64,000 nt of DNA from Nitrososphaeria archaeon (GCA_963752255.1 CAVVXT010000019.1:480001-544000), one strand, 5' to 3'; positions 29,253-40,522 are shown, numbered from the stretch's first letter. Notes: a model not told the origin generated them from the letters alone. Program-made: numbers and translations.

Positions 29253-30622
29253 TCTTTCCCCATCGTTTTTGATACAAGCTTTTGAATACCGGAGCTGTAT
29301 TGCATAGCTTTCTTAGGGTAGAGGTAGATTTCTTCGGACAGCCCCAGTTCCTTTGCTACAGATCTGAGAACCACTTTCCTTTCTTCACTTACCCTATTTA
29401 TCTTAAAATCCACTGGCAACGAAAACGCGGTTTCAGCTACCTTCTTGTTTATGAAAGGCATTATCGGTTCTGCGAACATCGAGACGGAAGCCTCGTCCCT
29501 AGATATTTTATGACAGTGTAGTTCTTCAAAATCGGTTTTTAAAGTGTCTTCCAGCGATGTTGCACCACAAGTTCTAAGTATGTTCAAGTACTTCTGATAT
29601 CCCCCAAGAAGTTCGTCTGCTCCCTGCCCGATTACAACGTGCTCTAATCCGACACGAGCTGCCTCCTCTGCAACAAGGTTCAAAACCAAGGATATAGAAA
29701 AATCCATTGCGCTCATCTTGCCGAATGTCCTAGAAATAGCCATTATTCTCTTTTCTACCGATTCACTATTTACATAAAGTATATTGTTATCTAAGGAAAG
29801 AAGATCGGCAACCTTCTTGGCACGAACTGAGTCATGAGAGTCTTTGGCACATACAGTAAACAGAATGGGTGTAACACCAAGTGATTCAATAAGTTTGGCT
29901 AGTACGGTGGAGTCAAGGCCTCCTGAAAAGGCGACTCCGACTCGTTTGATTCCCCTCAAATTTTCATGAACGGAGTACTCAAGCGATGATTTCAAGGTTC
30001 TTGCAGAATCTTCTAGCCCTTCATCCTTTTTGTCAGGTGTTTCCACATGATAGTATCTTATTGTGTGAATGTCAATTCCCTCGCCAAATCTTGCATGCAA
30101 TATCGAGCCTGAGGGAAGACAATCGCACTGTAACCCCAATAGGTGTAAAGGGTAGGGATCGCTTGTTAGTACAAAAAGTTCGTCCCCCTTAAAGAAGTAA
30201 AGGGGTTTGGAGGAAATTGGAGAACGTAAAGCAAGAAGCTGGCCTCCATCGACAATTGCGATTGAGAAATCTCCATCGATATCAAGAGAGAGACTTTGCT
30301 CGGCACAATTTTTAATGCCATTTTTTGTAATAAGGTGATGCATTTCTCTTATTCTTCTTTGGTTCCTCTCCTGATCAAATATTCTGCCATGAATCAAACC
30401 ACTTGATAAATTTGATTCGTTTAATGGAAAAAAACATGAGACAACTCCATTTGGTCTTACATCTTCCAGAGCTTCCTTGAAGCTCAAGCCATCGTAAAAG
30501 ACAATTTTTTCTTTTTTTCTATACTCCATCAGGTTTATTATTGGTCTAATAAAGCTGGCTAAAATTTTCCTTCCAAAGAATATGCAGTAGCCATTTGTTT
30601 TAGAGAAAACGTCACTTTCCAA
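29249..30622 (-). CDS. asparagine synthetase-like protein (AsnB ATP-pyrophosphatase domain, degenerate glutaminase domain)
   Basis: AFSGGLDS, GQGADELLGGY, KKAMQYSSG; no N-terminal Cys. Confidence 0.8.
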   Translation of the reverse strand: MESDVFSKTNGYCIFFGRKILASFIRPIINLMEYRKKEKIVFYDGLSFKEALEDVRPNGVVSCFFPLNESNLSSGLIHGRIFDQERNQRRIREMHHLITKNGIKNCAEQSLSLDIDGDFSIAIVDGGQLLALRSPISSKPLYFFKGDELFVLTSDPYPLHLLGLQCDCLPSGSILHARFGEGIDIHTIRYYHVETPDKKDEGLEDSARTLKSSLEYSVHENLRGIKRVGVAFSGGLDSTVLAKLIESLGVTPILFTVCAKDSHDSVRAKKVADLLSLDNNILYVNSESVEKRIMAISRTFGKMSAMDFSISLVLNLVAEEAARVGLEHVVIGQGADELLGGYQKYLNILRTCGATSLEDTLKTDFEELHCHKISRDEASVSMFAEPIMPFINKKVAETAFSLPVDFKINRVSEERKVVLRSVAKELGLSEEIYLYPKKAMQYSSGIQKLVSKTMGKD

Positions 30623-31977
30623 ATTTCTCCTTTATCCTTTTCAGGGTACCTTTAATTATCGCCTGAGAGCCTTCGATGTGGGCTTCCGGAATAAATATCC
30701 TATTAAGCTCGTCTTCACTTATTAGCCTGTTTATCTTTTCATCCTCCATAATCGCGTTTTTGAATTGTATCCCCTTAGATCTAGATTTGGATGAAACTTC
30801 TCTCAATATCTTGTGCGCTTCTGAACGTGATATTCCCTTTTTCAACAAGGCATCAAGGGCGAATTCGGAATAAACTTGGCCCATCGTAATCTCAATATTT
30901 GCTTTAACCATGTCTTCTCTTATAACCATCTTTGCAAGTACCTTAAGTAAGGTGTCTAAAACATCATCGAGCAAAATAGCTGACATGGGTATTATGAAAC
31001 GTTCGTTTGCAGAATTAGTCAAGTCCCGTTCATGCCATAGTGGGATGTTTTCTAGAGCAACAGTGGGTAGAGAGCGCAGAAGCCTAGCTCAGGCTAGAGA
31101 TTTTCTCACAGGAAATTGGGTTCCGCTTTGAAGGCACAGCAGAACTCCCTATCTGATCTTTGGAGAACTCTTCTTCAAATTCGCTAATTTCGGTTCTCGA
31201 AAGATTTCTGAATTCAGTGGCTATCTTGTCACATGTAGAAGCAACTAGAGCGCACCACCAGACGAATTCGGCATAGTTCTCCCTCGAAACGACCTGTGTT
31301 GCTGAGCTGACAGGGTACAGTCCAAGTTTAGATGCAGTAATCTCCATGACTTCTAATGCCTTAGAGCCGATAACTGAACCATTACCCACGACACCCAGGG
31401 TCTTGCACATCATTACTCTTGGTCTAATTTCAGAGAGCCTATTCATATGAAGCAAACAATCATCGGCCCAAACGGAAAATTTCTGACCGAAAGAGATTAT
31501 TGAAGCGTGTTGTCCATGCGTTCTTCCAACAGAGGGAAGCGACGAATACTTTTCAGCGTTTTTTCCAAGTAAAAGGATTAGATTCTTAAGTTTCCCTTCA
31601 ATTAGTTCGATATAATCCCTTAGTTGCAGAGAAAGAGAGGTGTCAAGAATATCTTGGCTCGTTAGACCATAATGAACCCAGGGTTTACTTTCGTCAGATA
31701 CAACGGAAACAAGTGCCTCCACTAGGGAAGCTGTCTCATGCTTTGTAGTCTTTTCAATCTCTTTCCATTTCTCATAGGAAACCAATTTTACATTAGATTT
31801 TAAAGCAATCTCTTTGGCTGCTTTCAATGGTATTAATCTCAAAGATGCCTCAGCGTTCGCGACAGCGGCTTCCACTTCGAGCATGTATTTGAGGCGAGAT
31901 TCTTCAGTGAAAATTGCTTTAGACTCAACTGAACCGTATCTTCCGGAGTCTATCGGCAGCACTGGAACGCTTGACAT
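30612..31977 (-). pseudogene. purB: adenylosuccinate lyase split by a 1-nt insertion near 31089 (possibly a sequence error)
   Basis: HYGLTSQD, GRTHGQHA, GSSAVPSKRNP; removing one base restores [33 protein letters not shown]. Confidence 0.9.
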
Positions 31978-32023
31978 ATATTACACGTTTGAGATTGAAA
32001 GGTTTTAAGTGTTTTGGAAGCTT

Positions 32024-34189
32024 CTAGCGGGGCCTTAAAATCTGCTCCTTTATCCGTTTAGCGATAACGGGACCAAGCTTTGGAATTCTTGCGATATCTA
32101 ATTCCTTAGCCTTACGGAGATCGTTTAAATTCCTAAAACCTCTTGAGTACAGCAGTCGTGCCCTGATGCGGCCTACACCTTCGAGCTGTATAAGCTCTAT
32201 AAGTTCCTTCTTGACGCCATATTTTATACGTTCTTCGAGCTCTGACGCCACCACCTGAAGTTCCCTCAGCTCCAGAAGCGAAGCGATTCTAGAGAAGGCG
32301 TGAACCAACCATTCTATGGATTCGACTTGGCGATAAAGGTCACCTGGTTCGATGGAGAACTTGTCATATATTTCGTTTTCAGTCTTTTCATTTAACCATT
32401 CTCTGAGGGACATGAAGCTTCTCCCTACCTCATTAAATTGATAAACAGAGAACAAATTTCCGAAGATCGAGCCGAATGAGGATTCTATTTCGTCTTTGAG
32501 AATGTCATAAGATTCCATATCAGCCCTTCTTAATGAAAATTTTGGCTGGAAGTCATTTGATAATATAACTGAAAGGAGAACCAGATCTTCATTGGACGAT
32601 ATGTCATCTTTATGCCTAGCGTAGTACTCCATTATCGTCTTATAGTGTATTCCAGTTGATGTCGATATATAGAGGAAAGATATGTTCTTACCGAATTCTG
32701 TAGCGATATATCTTCCGTTTTCCTCTTCAATAAGGTCGTTGATCTTTAAATATGACAAATTAACTCTAATTTTAGAAGAAATAAACTGAGGACGCCTTTG
32801 ATATCCTAGGAATGTTTTAGAAAAGAATGCGCAAAGCTCTTTTTCTGATGCTCCTGGGTAGCTTACGATGGTGGCGAGCAGATGATCTCTCAATATCTCG
32901 TTGTCTATCAGCTTTGAATACAAAGGCTCAGGAGTGCCGTTAACGTAATGTTCAAAGAATGATTCAACATCGTCAAATCTAAGTATTGTTATCGCATACC
33001 CTATTTTATCGTATTGTGGTCTACCAGCTCTACCACAAAATTGTTTATACTCTAGAACACCTATATCCTCGTTCTGTCCCCATTCACTGTTATATCTTGA
33101 AAGGCTGTTGATTATGACTGTTCTTGCAGGTAAGTTAACGCCTGCTGCCAAGGTTGGCGTCGAACAGAGCACCTTGATAAGCCCCTCCTTAAACGCCCTT
33201 TCGATAATTCTTCTGCAAGATGAAGACAACCCAGCATGATGGAATGATGAGCCCTTGATTACGATACCAGCCAGTTTCCTTCCCACTTCTGTGATTTCAT
33301 CTGAAGTCATGATTTCTTCGTAGACATCCCTAAGCTTCTTGCTTTCTTCCTCCGACAGAAGATTCGAAGTTATTGATGTGGCCTTCTCTGCCAAAGACAC
33401 AGCATTCCGTCTATTCTCTGCAAATATCAACACCTGTCCTCCATCCTTTAACATGACATACGCAGAATCTATAGCTGGGCCGTATTTGCTTTGTAGGGTA
33501 TTATAGCTCTGACCATCATAGAAGACGATCTTACCCGAAGAATAAGCCCCTTCAAGTAGTTTCACCGGCCTCCACTTGTTGTTGACAACTTCAGCCTTAA
33601 GCCAGGAAGCGATATCTCTAAAGTTCGAAACTGTCGCACTTAAAGCGATGATCTGAGTTTTAGTTGGAGATGAAAGAAAACGAGAAACCAGCATTTCGAC
33701 GACCGGGCCCCGGTCGTCTTGGTTTAAAAGATGGATTTCATCAAACACTATCAGCCCTATCTTCTCTATCCAGCCTGGATCAAGCCTGAGCATTGAATCA
33801 AACTTCTCGTTCGTTAAAATGAGAAGATCTTTGTTCTTCAAATAGTCGCTCTTCTTATCGTAATCACCGGTCGAAATCGCTATGGCAGGTTTGGATCCAT
33901 CCGGCTTAACTAGAGAAGAGAGGGGAGAGAATTCTTCATATTTTTCACTTGCCAAAGCTCTTAGTGGTGTGAGGTATACAACTCTCCTATCTTCTAATAT
34001 GGCTTTAGCGGCACACATCATTGCAACTAGGGTCTTGCCACTGGCCGTCGGAGACGTTATCAGAACGTTCGCACCTTCCAAAACCCCCTTGTTTACAGCC
34101 TCTTCTTGGGGAGGATAAAGTGTCTGATAGCCTAGATTCTTCAGAAGTTCTTTAACCTGATTCGGAAGTTGCAGTTCTTCAACATGCAT
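32024..34189 (-). CDS. hel308: Ski2-like DEAD/DEAH helicase Hel308/Hjm
   Basis: PTASGKT, DEIH, LSAT, HHAGL, GRAGRP, C-terminal HhH. Confidence 0.92.
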   Translation of the reverse strand: MHVEELQLPNQVKELLKNLGYQTLYPPQEEAVNKGVLEGANVLITSPTASGKTLVAMMCAAKAILEDRRVVYLTPLRALASEKYEEFSPLSSLVKPDGSKPAIAISTGDYDKKSDYLKNKDLLILTNEKFDSMLRLDPGWIEKIGLIVFDEIHLLNQDDRGPVVEMLVSRFLSSPTKTQIIALSATVSNFRDIASWLKAEVVNNKWRPVKLLEGAYSSGKIVFYDGQSYNTLQSKYGPAIDSAYVMLKDGGQVLIFAENRRNAVSLAEKATSITSNLLSEEESKKLRDVYEEIMTSDEITEVGRKLAGIVIKGSSFHHAGLSSSCRRIIERAFKEGLIKVLCSTPTLAAGVNLPARTVIINSLSRYNSEWGQNEDIGVLEYKQFCGRAGRPQYDKIGYAITILRFDDVESFFEHYVNGTPEPLYSKLIDNEILRDHLLATIVSYPGASEKELCAFFSKTFLGYQRRPQFISSKIRVNLSYLKINDLIEEENGRYIATEFGKNISFLYISTSTGIHYKTIMEYYARHKDDISSNEDLVLLSVILSNDFQPKFSLRRADMESYDILKDEIESSFGSIFGNLFSVYQFNEVGRSFMSLREWLNEKTENEIYDKFSIEPGDLYRQVESIEWLVHAFSRIASLLELRELQVVASELEERIKYGVKKELIELIQLEGVGRIRARLLYSRGFRNLNDLRKAKELDIARIPKLGPVIAKRIKEQILRPR

Positions 34190-34191
34190 AC

Positions 34192-36234
34192 CTAAGCCCT
34201 TCTATAAAAGCCAGGTTTAACCATATAGAAGACCCCTTTCTGCTCAAGTTGTGAAAAGTACATTTTAGCGTCTACTTCATTAAATTTGCCGGTTTCGACG
34301 ACGGATCTTATTAAACCATTCAGTTCTACAGCTTCATTTGTCGGCCCAGAAAGTTCCTTATACTTCTGGAAGATTATTTCAAGCTTACTTCTTTCACTTG
34401 CAGGTGTGCCCGTGATCGTGCCCATGTCCATCTTTCCAGTCTTCTGGTCTATAGCTACGGTATAGAGCATGTTCTTAGTCAGCGTTATTGCTTCAGCCAC
34501 GTCATCCTTGGTGACCTCGTTTCTGAGTAGAAGTCTTGCTCTTGCCATAGAAAGTCTAATCAGGGATTCTAACTGTCGAGGTGTGACCGGTATAGCTTGA
34601 CTTTCTGTCTGAGTACGCATTTCAAGGTAAAAGTCGATCATCATCTTCTCCGCTTCAGGCGTTATAGTAGGGCTGGTATTTTTACAGTACATCAGATACT
34701 TCCTGAGAAACGCGATATCTAATGGAGGTTTCTGAACAAATGAACGAGAACTACGAATTGCCATTATGTGAGAAGCTATCTGCTCATCAATAACCCTTTC
34801 AGGCACATCCCTTATTACAAATATCAGGTCAAACCTCGTTAAGAGGGGGGATGGAAGGTTTATATTCTCAGACAGGTTCTTGTAAGGATCATACTTCCCT
34901 AATAATGGGTTAGCTGCAGACAGAATAGATGTTCGAGCATTCAATGTCACAACAATGCCACCTTTCGCTACAGAAACCGTCTGCTGTTCCATAGCTTCAT
35001 GTAGAGCCTGACGATCAATATTAGTCATCTTATCAAATTCGTCTATTGCACAAATTCCCTGGTCAGCCAGAACTATGGCCCCAGCTTCAAGCATCAGCAT
35101 TCCACTCTTTTCACGAACAACAGCAGCCGTCAGACCAGCAGCAGTTGTACCTTTTCCAGAAGTATACAAACCCCTTGGAGCAAGCCTTACTGAATACTTA
35201 AGAAGCTCACTCTTGGCCGTTCCAGGGTCGCCAATTAACAAAATATTAATGTCACCCCTTAATGTAGTTCCGTCTGGAAGAGTTATCTGAGGCGCACCAA
35301 CGATCAGAAACAGGATAGCTTCCTTCAGAAGATCATGCCCATATATAGATGGCGAAAAAGAGCTGATGATCGTCTTCACCCAGTCAGGACGCCTTGCAAG
35401 CTCCCTGAACTTGAGTTCATCGGCTTTTTCTATCATTACATCCTCAGGTGCCTTCCCTAAGACCTCAACATGATTGCCCTCAAGTAGGGCGTTGAAAGTT
35501 CTTAATCGTCCACCTCTTACACTAAATTCTTCCTCCGCCTTAAGAATGCCAGTTATAATTACTCTATCACCGGGTCTTGCAATGTCAACAATATCACTGT
35601 ACAGTCTTATGTCAAGTTGCCTTGGAAGTTGTCCCGGCGGAAGCTCTTCAGGAAGTTCTTGTACACGAAGAACCTGATAATTGATGTAAGTGCCTTTGAA
35701 GTCGTCAAGCTTTAAATTTTCTTCATTACATTCCATACATCTTTCCGGTTTCCTTACAATTCGCTCTTTTTGTAGGATAAAGGTAACATGGCCGCATTTT
35801 TGACAGACCCACGCTGCTTCTATTAGGTAAGGCTTCACTTCTGAAACCCTCACTATGATCCCTGTTATTGCTACAAGGGTACTAAGGGTGCTGACGTCAA
35901 GCTTTCTTAGGGGATACCTTTCTGGAAGATTCCTGAAACGTACGATAAAATATTTTTCGACCCTCTTTGCGTAATCAGGATCTGTCTCCTTGAGAAATTC
36001 TAACGCTGACCTAGAGAACATGTCTAAATACTTGTTCGGATCCTTGGTGGAGGCGGCTGCAAGATCACTATCATACTTTGAGAGATCTGCATAATCTACA
36101 ACTAGCGAGTTAGAATTCTTTTGTATAATATTGTTCAATTGAACTCTATACTTCGGCTGATTAGATTCGTCGAGCTGGCCTCGTATGAAGTTTGAAAAGT
36201 TATCCTTCAGACGGGAATCAGAAGAAACTTCCAT
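34192..36234 (-). CDS. mcm: replicative helicase MCM
   Basis: Zn finger, GDPGTAKS, IDEFDKM, TRFD, TPRQLE; no intein. Confidence 0.97.
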   Translation of the reverse strand: MEVSSDSRLKDNFSNFIRGQLDESNQPKYRVQLNNIIQKNSNSLVVDYADLSKYDSDLAAASTKDPNKYLDMFSRSALEFLKETDPDYAKRVEKYFIVRFRNLPERYPLRKLDVSTLSTLVAITGIIVRVSEVKPYLIEAAWVCQKCGHVTFILQKERIVRKPERCMECNEENLKLDDFKGTYINYQVLRVQELPEELPPGQLPRQLDIRLYSDIVDIARPGDRVIITGILKAEEEFSVRGGRLRTFNALLEGNHVEVLGKAPEDVMIEKADELKFRELARRPDWVKTIISSFSPSIYGHDLLKEAILFLIVGAPQITLPDGTTLRGDINILLIGDPGTAKSELLKYSVRLAPRGLYTSGKGTTAAGLTAAVVREKSGMLMLEAGAIVLADQGICAIDEFDKMTNIDRQALHEAMEQQTVSVAKGGIVVTLNARTSILSAANPLLGKYDPYKNLSENINLPSPLLTRFDLIFVIRDVPERVIDEQIASHIMAIRSSRSFVQKPPLDIAFLRKYLMYCKNTSPTITPEAEKMMIDFYLEMRTQTESQAIPVTPRQLESLIRLSMARARLLLRNEVTKDDVAEAITLTKNMLYTVAIDQKTGKMDMGTITGTPASERSKLEIIFQKYKELSGPTNEAVELNGLIRSVVETGKFNEVDAKMYFSQLEQKGVFYMVKPGFYRRA

Positions 36235-36236
36235 GC

Positions 36237-36809
36237 TTACTCACCTTTCTCAAATATGGAGGAAGTGAGCTCATTTACATCCTTTTGGAGTGTCTGAAGC
36301 AGAATACGCTCCTCCAACGTGAGTTTAGGAAGAACATCACTAGTTTCAGAGTAGGTTCGAGCATAGTGCAGAATTTTTCTTATCCTTATGCTGACCAGAT
36401 CTGATGCGTCATTATGGATTTTAAGGAAATCATTCCTTAAAGGAACGTCAGAGGAGTTTTCCGTACGTTTCCTTTTAATGAAATCAATCAGATTTATGTA
36501 AAAGCCATCATCCAGCTGTGAAAGGTTTACTGAATCCTTTAGAAGTTTCTCCTTTGCAACACTCCTAAAGAAATCATCGCTAAAATTTTCCTCTTGAACG
36601 TCTACAAATCCGTTTTTAGCAAGCACATCTGCAGCCCAAAGGGGCAGAGACATGCTTGAACCCTCCATAACAGCTTCTATTTGGAGACTTCCAAGCCTTA
36701 TGTTCGATACCGATGATTTAAAAACTACTTTAACTGGGCTTATAAGAAAACCCATTCTTCTTATTTCAAACAACTCTTTGATCGACACGGACACCTTTAA
36801 TCGCAACAT
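36237..36809 (-). CDS. GINS subunit (Gins23-like)
   Basis: LPLWAADVL B-domain, LSQLDDGFY, RIRKI, LTLEE; directly upstream of mcm; start uncertain. Confidence 0.8.
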   Translation of the reverse strand: MLRLKVSVSIKELFEIRRMGFLISPVKVVFKSSVSNIRLGSLQIEAVMEGSSMSLPLWAADVLAKNGFVDVQEENFSDDFFRSVAKEKLLKDSVNLSQLDDGFYINLIDFIKRKRTENSSDVPLRNDFLKIHNDASDLVSIRIRKILHYARTYSETSDVLPKLTLEERILLQTLQKDVNELTSSIFEKGE

Positions 36810-36943
36810 AAGGATGTTCCGACAATTAAAAGCTTTAAAAAAGAAAATGAGACAAGGCATGATTCATAGAGCTTGCTGTTAGCCTAATAATCGATAAAAA
36901 TGTCTGTAATTTACGCTTATATCCACAATGTTTTATTGGTAAA

Positions 36944-37912
36944 GTGAGAAAAACAATGAGCCAAGAAGAACTGATGTGGGTTGAAAAATACAGACCGAAA
37001 GAACTGGAAGATGTTGTAAACCAAAAAGAAGTTATCGAAAGAATCGTACCACTTATTGATAAGCCCCTTGAGATGCCTCATTTCCTTTTTGCAGGACCAC
37101 CTGGCACAGGAAAGACTACGGTAGCTTTAATCTTGGCACATAAGCTTCTGGGAAATGTCTGGAGAGATTATACCCTAGAACTTAACGCCTCAGATGAGAG
37201 GGGAATAAAGATCGTGAGGGAAAGAATCAAGACTTTTGCTGGGTACGTAGATAGAAGTGTTAACATTCCCTTCAGACTTATAATCTTGGATGAAGCTGAC
37301 GAAATGACACATGATGCTCAGACCGCATTAAGGAGGATAATGGAAGAGAGTTCCAAGTATACAAGGTTCATAATGGTATGTAACTATTCTTCTCAGATCA
37401 TTGAGCCTTTACAGAGTCGATGCGCAATCTTCAGATTCCAAAGACTCGATAGGGAGGGGGTTGTTCAACAGATGATTAAAATATGCAAAAATGAGCACAT
37501 TAAACCAGAAGAAGGAGCACTAGACCTTCTATACGATATTACAGAAGGTGATTTAAGGCAGACAATAAATCTTCTCCAATCTGCTGTCATAGACGAAAAG
37601 ATTACAAAAGAAAGTGTCAAGAAACAGGCTGGAATGATGGGTGAAGAGACCATTAAAAGAATGGTCGAACATGCGCTGAAAGGAAGGTTCAATGATTCAA
37701 GAAAGATTTTGGTAGAACTTCTAAAAATAGACGGTGTATCAGAAACTGAAATCTTGAAGATTGTAGGTAATGTTTTGATGGAGGATGATAGGATCGACCA
37801 CGGAAAGGCCGCAGAAATTCTTGCCGAATATGATTATCGGATTATAATGGGTGCAAATCCTGAGATACAACTTACAGCCCTGCTCTCAGAAATAGAGGAC
37901 ACTCTAAAGTGA
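36944..37912 (+). CDS. rfcS: replication factor C small subunit
   Basis: WVEKYRP, GPPGTGKTT, ELNASDERG, DEAD, SRC; alternative ATG at 36956. Confidence 0.96.
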   Translation: MRKTMSQEELMWVEKYRPKELEDVVNQKEVIERIVPLIDKPLEMPHFLFAGPPGTGKTTVALILAHKLLGNVWRDYTLELNASDERGIKIVRERIKTFAGYVDRSVNIPFRLIILDEADEMTHDAQTALRRIMEESSKYTRFIMVCNYSSQIIEPLQSRCAIFRFQRLDREGVVQQMIKICKNEHIKPEEGALDLLYDITEGDLRQTINLLQSAVIDEKITKESVKKQAGMMGEETIKRMVEHALKGRFNDSRKILVELLKIDGVSETEILKIVGNVLMEDDRIDHGKAAEILAEYDYRIIMGANPEIQLTALLSEIEDTLK

Positions 37913-37918
37913 TAGAAT

Positions 37919-39205
37919 TTGAAGCTTGAACTTCCCCGTGGGCTAAGGGATATCGAACCCCAGGAATTCGTTAAGATGGAATGGCTAAGAGAAAAGTTCG
38001 TAGAAACATTAGGACTTTTTGGCTTCAACAAAATGGAACCGTCTCCCCTAGAAAATCTGAGCACATTGGAGACGAAAAGTGGTTCTTCAATAATAGATGA
38101 AATCTATTGCTTCAAGGATAAAGCTCAGAGAGATTTAGGCTTAAGATTTGATCTAACTGTCGGAATTAGCAGGTATGTTGCTTCAAGAAGAGATTTGGAG
38201 TTCCCGACAAAAATTGGAGCATTTTCAGGTGTTTGGAGATACGATGAGCCTCAGCACGGACGATATCGATGGTTTTATCAATGGGATTCAGAGATATATG
38301 GGAAGCCCCGAATAGAATCAGACGCCGAAATCGTTGAACTATCAACAACCTATTTTGACAAAGTTGGACTAAAAGGCGTGCAAGTAGAACTGAATGATAG
38401 AAAGATCGTAGAAGAATACATAATTGAGATTTTAGGAGTGAAAGAGGAAGAAGCAGTCAATGAGCTCCTAAGACTGCTAGACAAGACCACAAAGAAGGGT
38501 GAGGAAGAAATTTTGGAAGAATACACGTCTAAGGGATTTACCGAGGAAAAAGTAAGAAAGGTTTTATCAATAGGAAAAATCTCAGGTGAGCCTAGTAGCG
38601 CGCTGTCGCAGTTGGATGAACTTCATCTGAAAAAAACAAACGATTTAAGATACATTGTTGAAGAATTAGATAGCAGAGGAATAAAGAACTTCCACATAAA
38701 TCTAGGAATCGTCAGAGGAATAGACTATTATAGTGGAATCGTCTACGAATTCTATGAAGGCTCTTTAAGCAAACTTGCTATCGCAGGAGGAGGCAGATAC
38801 GATAAACTTATGCAAGTCTTTGGAAGAGATGATATTTCAGCTACAGGTGTTGCAGGAGGAGTTGAAAGGTTGATGATGGTGCTTGAACAAAAAGAAAACC
38901 TTTCAAACGCCAAGAAAAAAATGATTTTTGTAGCAAATGCAACTGAAGACCTAAAACACAAGGCTCAAAAAATAGCTGCAGAACTTAGAAGGGAAGGATA
39001 CCCTGCAATAACCGATCTGTACTCTAGAGATCTAAGGAAACAATTTGCATACGCTTCAAAGCATTGCAGTTATGCTATAATCGTGGCTCCAAAAGAAGAT
39101 AAGGAAAATTGTTGTATCACAAAGAATTTAGAAAGCGGAAGAGAGAAGATAATCGAATATGAAAGACTTGCTAACTGGCTAAAAGAACAATTCTTTGACT
39201 CCTAA
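37919..39205 (+). CDS. hisS: histidyl-tRNA synthetase
   Basis: PRGLRD, LRFDLT, WRYDEPQHGRYRWFYQ, RGIDYY, GGGRYD. Confidence 0.96.
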   Translation: MKLELPRGLRDIEPQEFVKMEWLREKFVETLGLFGFNKMEPSPLENLSTLETKSGSSIIDEIYCFKDKAQRDLGLRFDLTVGISRYVASRRDLEFPTKIGAFSGVWRYDEPQHGRYRWFYQWDSEIYGKPRIESDAEIVELSTTYFDKVGLKGVQVELNDRKIVEEYIIEILGVKEEEAVNELLRLLDKTTKKGEEEILEEYTSKGFTEEKVRKVLSIGKISGEPSSALSQLDELHLKKTNDLRYIVEELDSRGIKNFHINLGIVRGIDYYSGIVYEFYEGSLSKLAIAGGGRYDKLMQVFGRDDISATGVAGGVERLMMVLEQKENLSNAKKKMIFVANATEDLKHKAQKIAAELRREGYPAITDLYSRDLRKQFAYASKHCSYAIIVAPKEDKENCCITKNLESGREKIIEYERLANWLKEQFFDS

Positions 39206-39363
39206 AGTCGACTCATGGAAGATCTTTAAAAGTCAAGTACCTCTCCATTTTTATGTAAACCGAGGATTCAGGAAGCATATCAATAGATATTATTTTAAAC
39301 CTGCCTGAAGAACGAAAGAATCTTAAAGGAGCCTATTCTGAACTTTGGAAACTGTTTATGAGA

Positions 39364-39436
39364 TAGCCCGGACCAGATTCGAACTGGTGTCAACGGGTCC
39401 AAAGCCCGCTATGTTTGACCACTGCACCACCGGGCT
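39364..39436 (-). tRNA. tRNA-Gln(UUG)
   Basis: AGCCCGG/CCGGGCT acceptor stem; gcggg-CTTTGGA-cccgt anticodon arm; TTCGAAT T-loop. Confidence 0.95.
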
Positions 39437-39463
39437 ATATGCTCACCTTTTGAAGAGATAGGT

Positions 39464-40522
39464 TTAAACCTTTTTCCCGATCGTCTCGATCTTTGAAATA
39501 ATTTTTTCGTGAGGGTCTTCCAGAGAATCCCAAAATTCATGAGAACGCTTCCTGTACTTAATCCTCCAATCATCATCGCAACATACAAGGGAAAGAAATT
39601 TCATAAAAGCATTAACATTATCATATTTAAAAATCAGTTTCTTTTTTATTAGAAACTCTTCAATCAACGTTGCTTTACTTGGATAAGCAGATATTGCTGG
39701 CACACCTAGAAGAGCAGCTTCATGAGTCATGGTGCCACCCATTCCAACAAAGACGTCAGAGCTCTTGATCAAACTAGGCCCATCTACGGCTGAATCTAAA
39801 AGGGTGATATCGTCTCCAAATTCTGTCTTCAGATTGCTATTCCCGTTCTGATATCTGGATAATATGATGATATTGGCTTTATCGGCATATTGGTTGACGA
39901 TCTCCCTCACAAAACCAAGCACATTACCACCTTTTCCGAGGAGATAGGACGCGTACTCTTCATGCATTCTTATTGTGATGGTTAACCTCTTCTCCAGACC
40001 TAGCTCCTTCTTCATGTCTCTAAAGTGCCAGTTCCTCAACCATATAGATGCATCAATTGCTCTGTAATGAATAACGTTTTTCGCTTCAATACCGTACTTG
40101 GTCCAAACGTTCGTAGGAATGATCCAAGGTGTGAATAGAAGCCTAGAAAGGGGGACGGTTAATTTTGATGCGTGAACGGCATGCGGGCTATCACTAAAGT
40201 TTAGATGTGGAATTCCAAGGCCGAAGGATACTCTCGCACATTCTGGAGATGAAAAGGACAAAGCTAAGTCGAAGCATCCATCGTAAATGATTTTTGAAAG
40301 AGCTTGAATTCTTCTTGAACTTTCGACAAGTTTCTCGAAAGGTGTAAGCCCATGTTTTCCAACAACTTCTAAATAATAGTTAACGATTGACCCTAATTCG
40401 TAACCTCCGTAACCAGCCCGAGTTGTAGAAAAGACTTCATGCCCATCACTCTTCAACCAGTCTTTAACTACATTAAAGAAAAGGGCCTGTTTTGGCGTTA
40501 ATGCGTCAATCCAAACTTTCAT
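39464..40522 (-). CDS. DUF354 family (GT-B fold) protein
   Basis: KVWIDALTPKQ, SPECARVSFGLG, GGTMTHEAALLG. Confidence 0.85.
   Translation of the reverse strand: MKVWIDALTPKQALFFNVVKDWLKSDGHEVFSTTRAGYGGYELGSIVNYYLEVVGKHGLTPFEKLVESSRRIQALSKIIYDGCFDLALSFSSPECARVSFGLGIPHLNFSDSPHAVHASKLTVPLSRLLFTPWIIPTNVWTKYGIEAKNVIHYRAIDASIWLRNWHFRDMKKELGLEKRLTITIRMHEEYASYLLGKGGNVLGFVREIVNQYADKANIIILSRYQNGNSNLKTEFGDDITLLDSAVDGPSLIKSSDVFVGMGGTMTHEAALLGVPAISAYPSKATLIEEFLIKKKLIFKYDNVNAFMKFLSLVCCDDDWRIKYRKRSHEFWDSLEDPHEKIISKIETIGKKV

Noticed and set aside
36810-36943. Replication origin beside mcm/GINS/rfcS
   Set aside because: Short divergent promoter with no ORB repeats and no cdc6
32024-37912. Inteins in Hel308, MCM or RFC
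   Set aside because: Normal lengths with contiguous motifs
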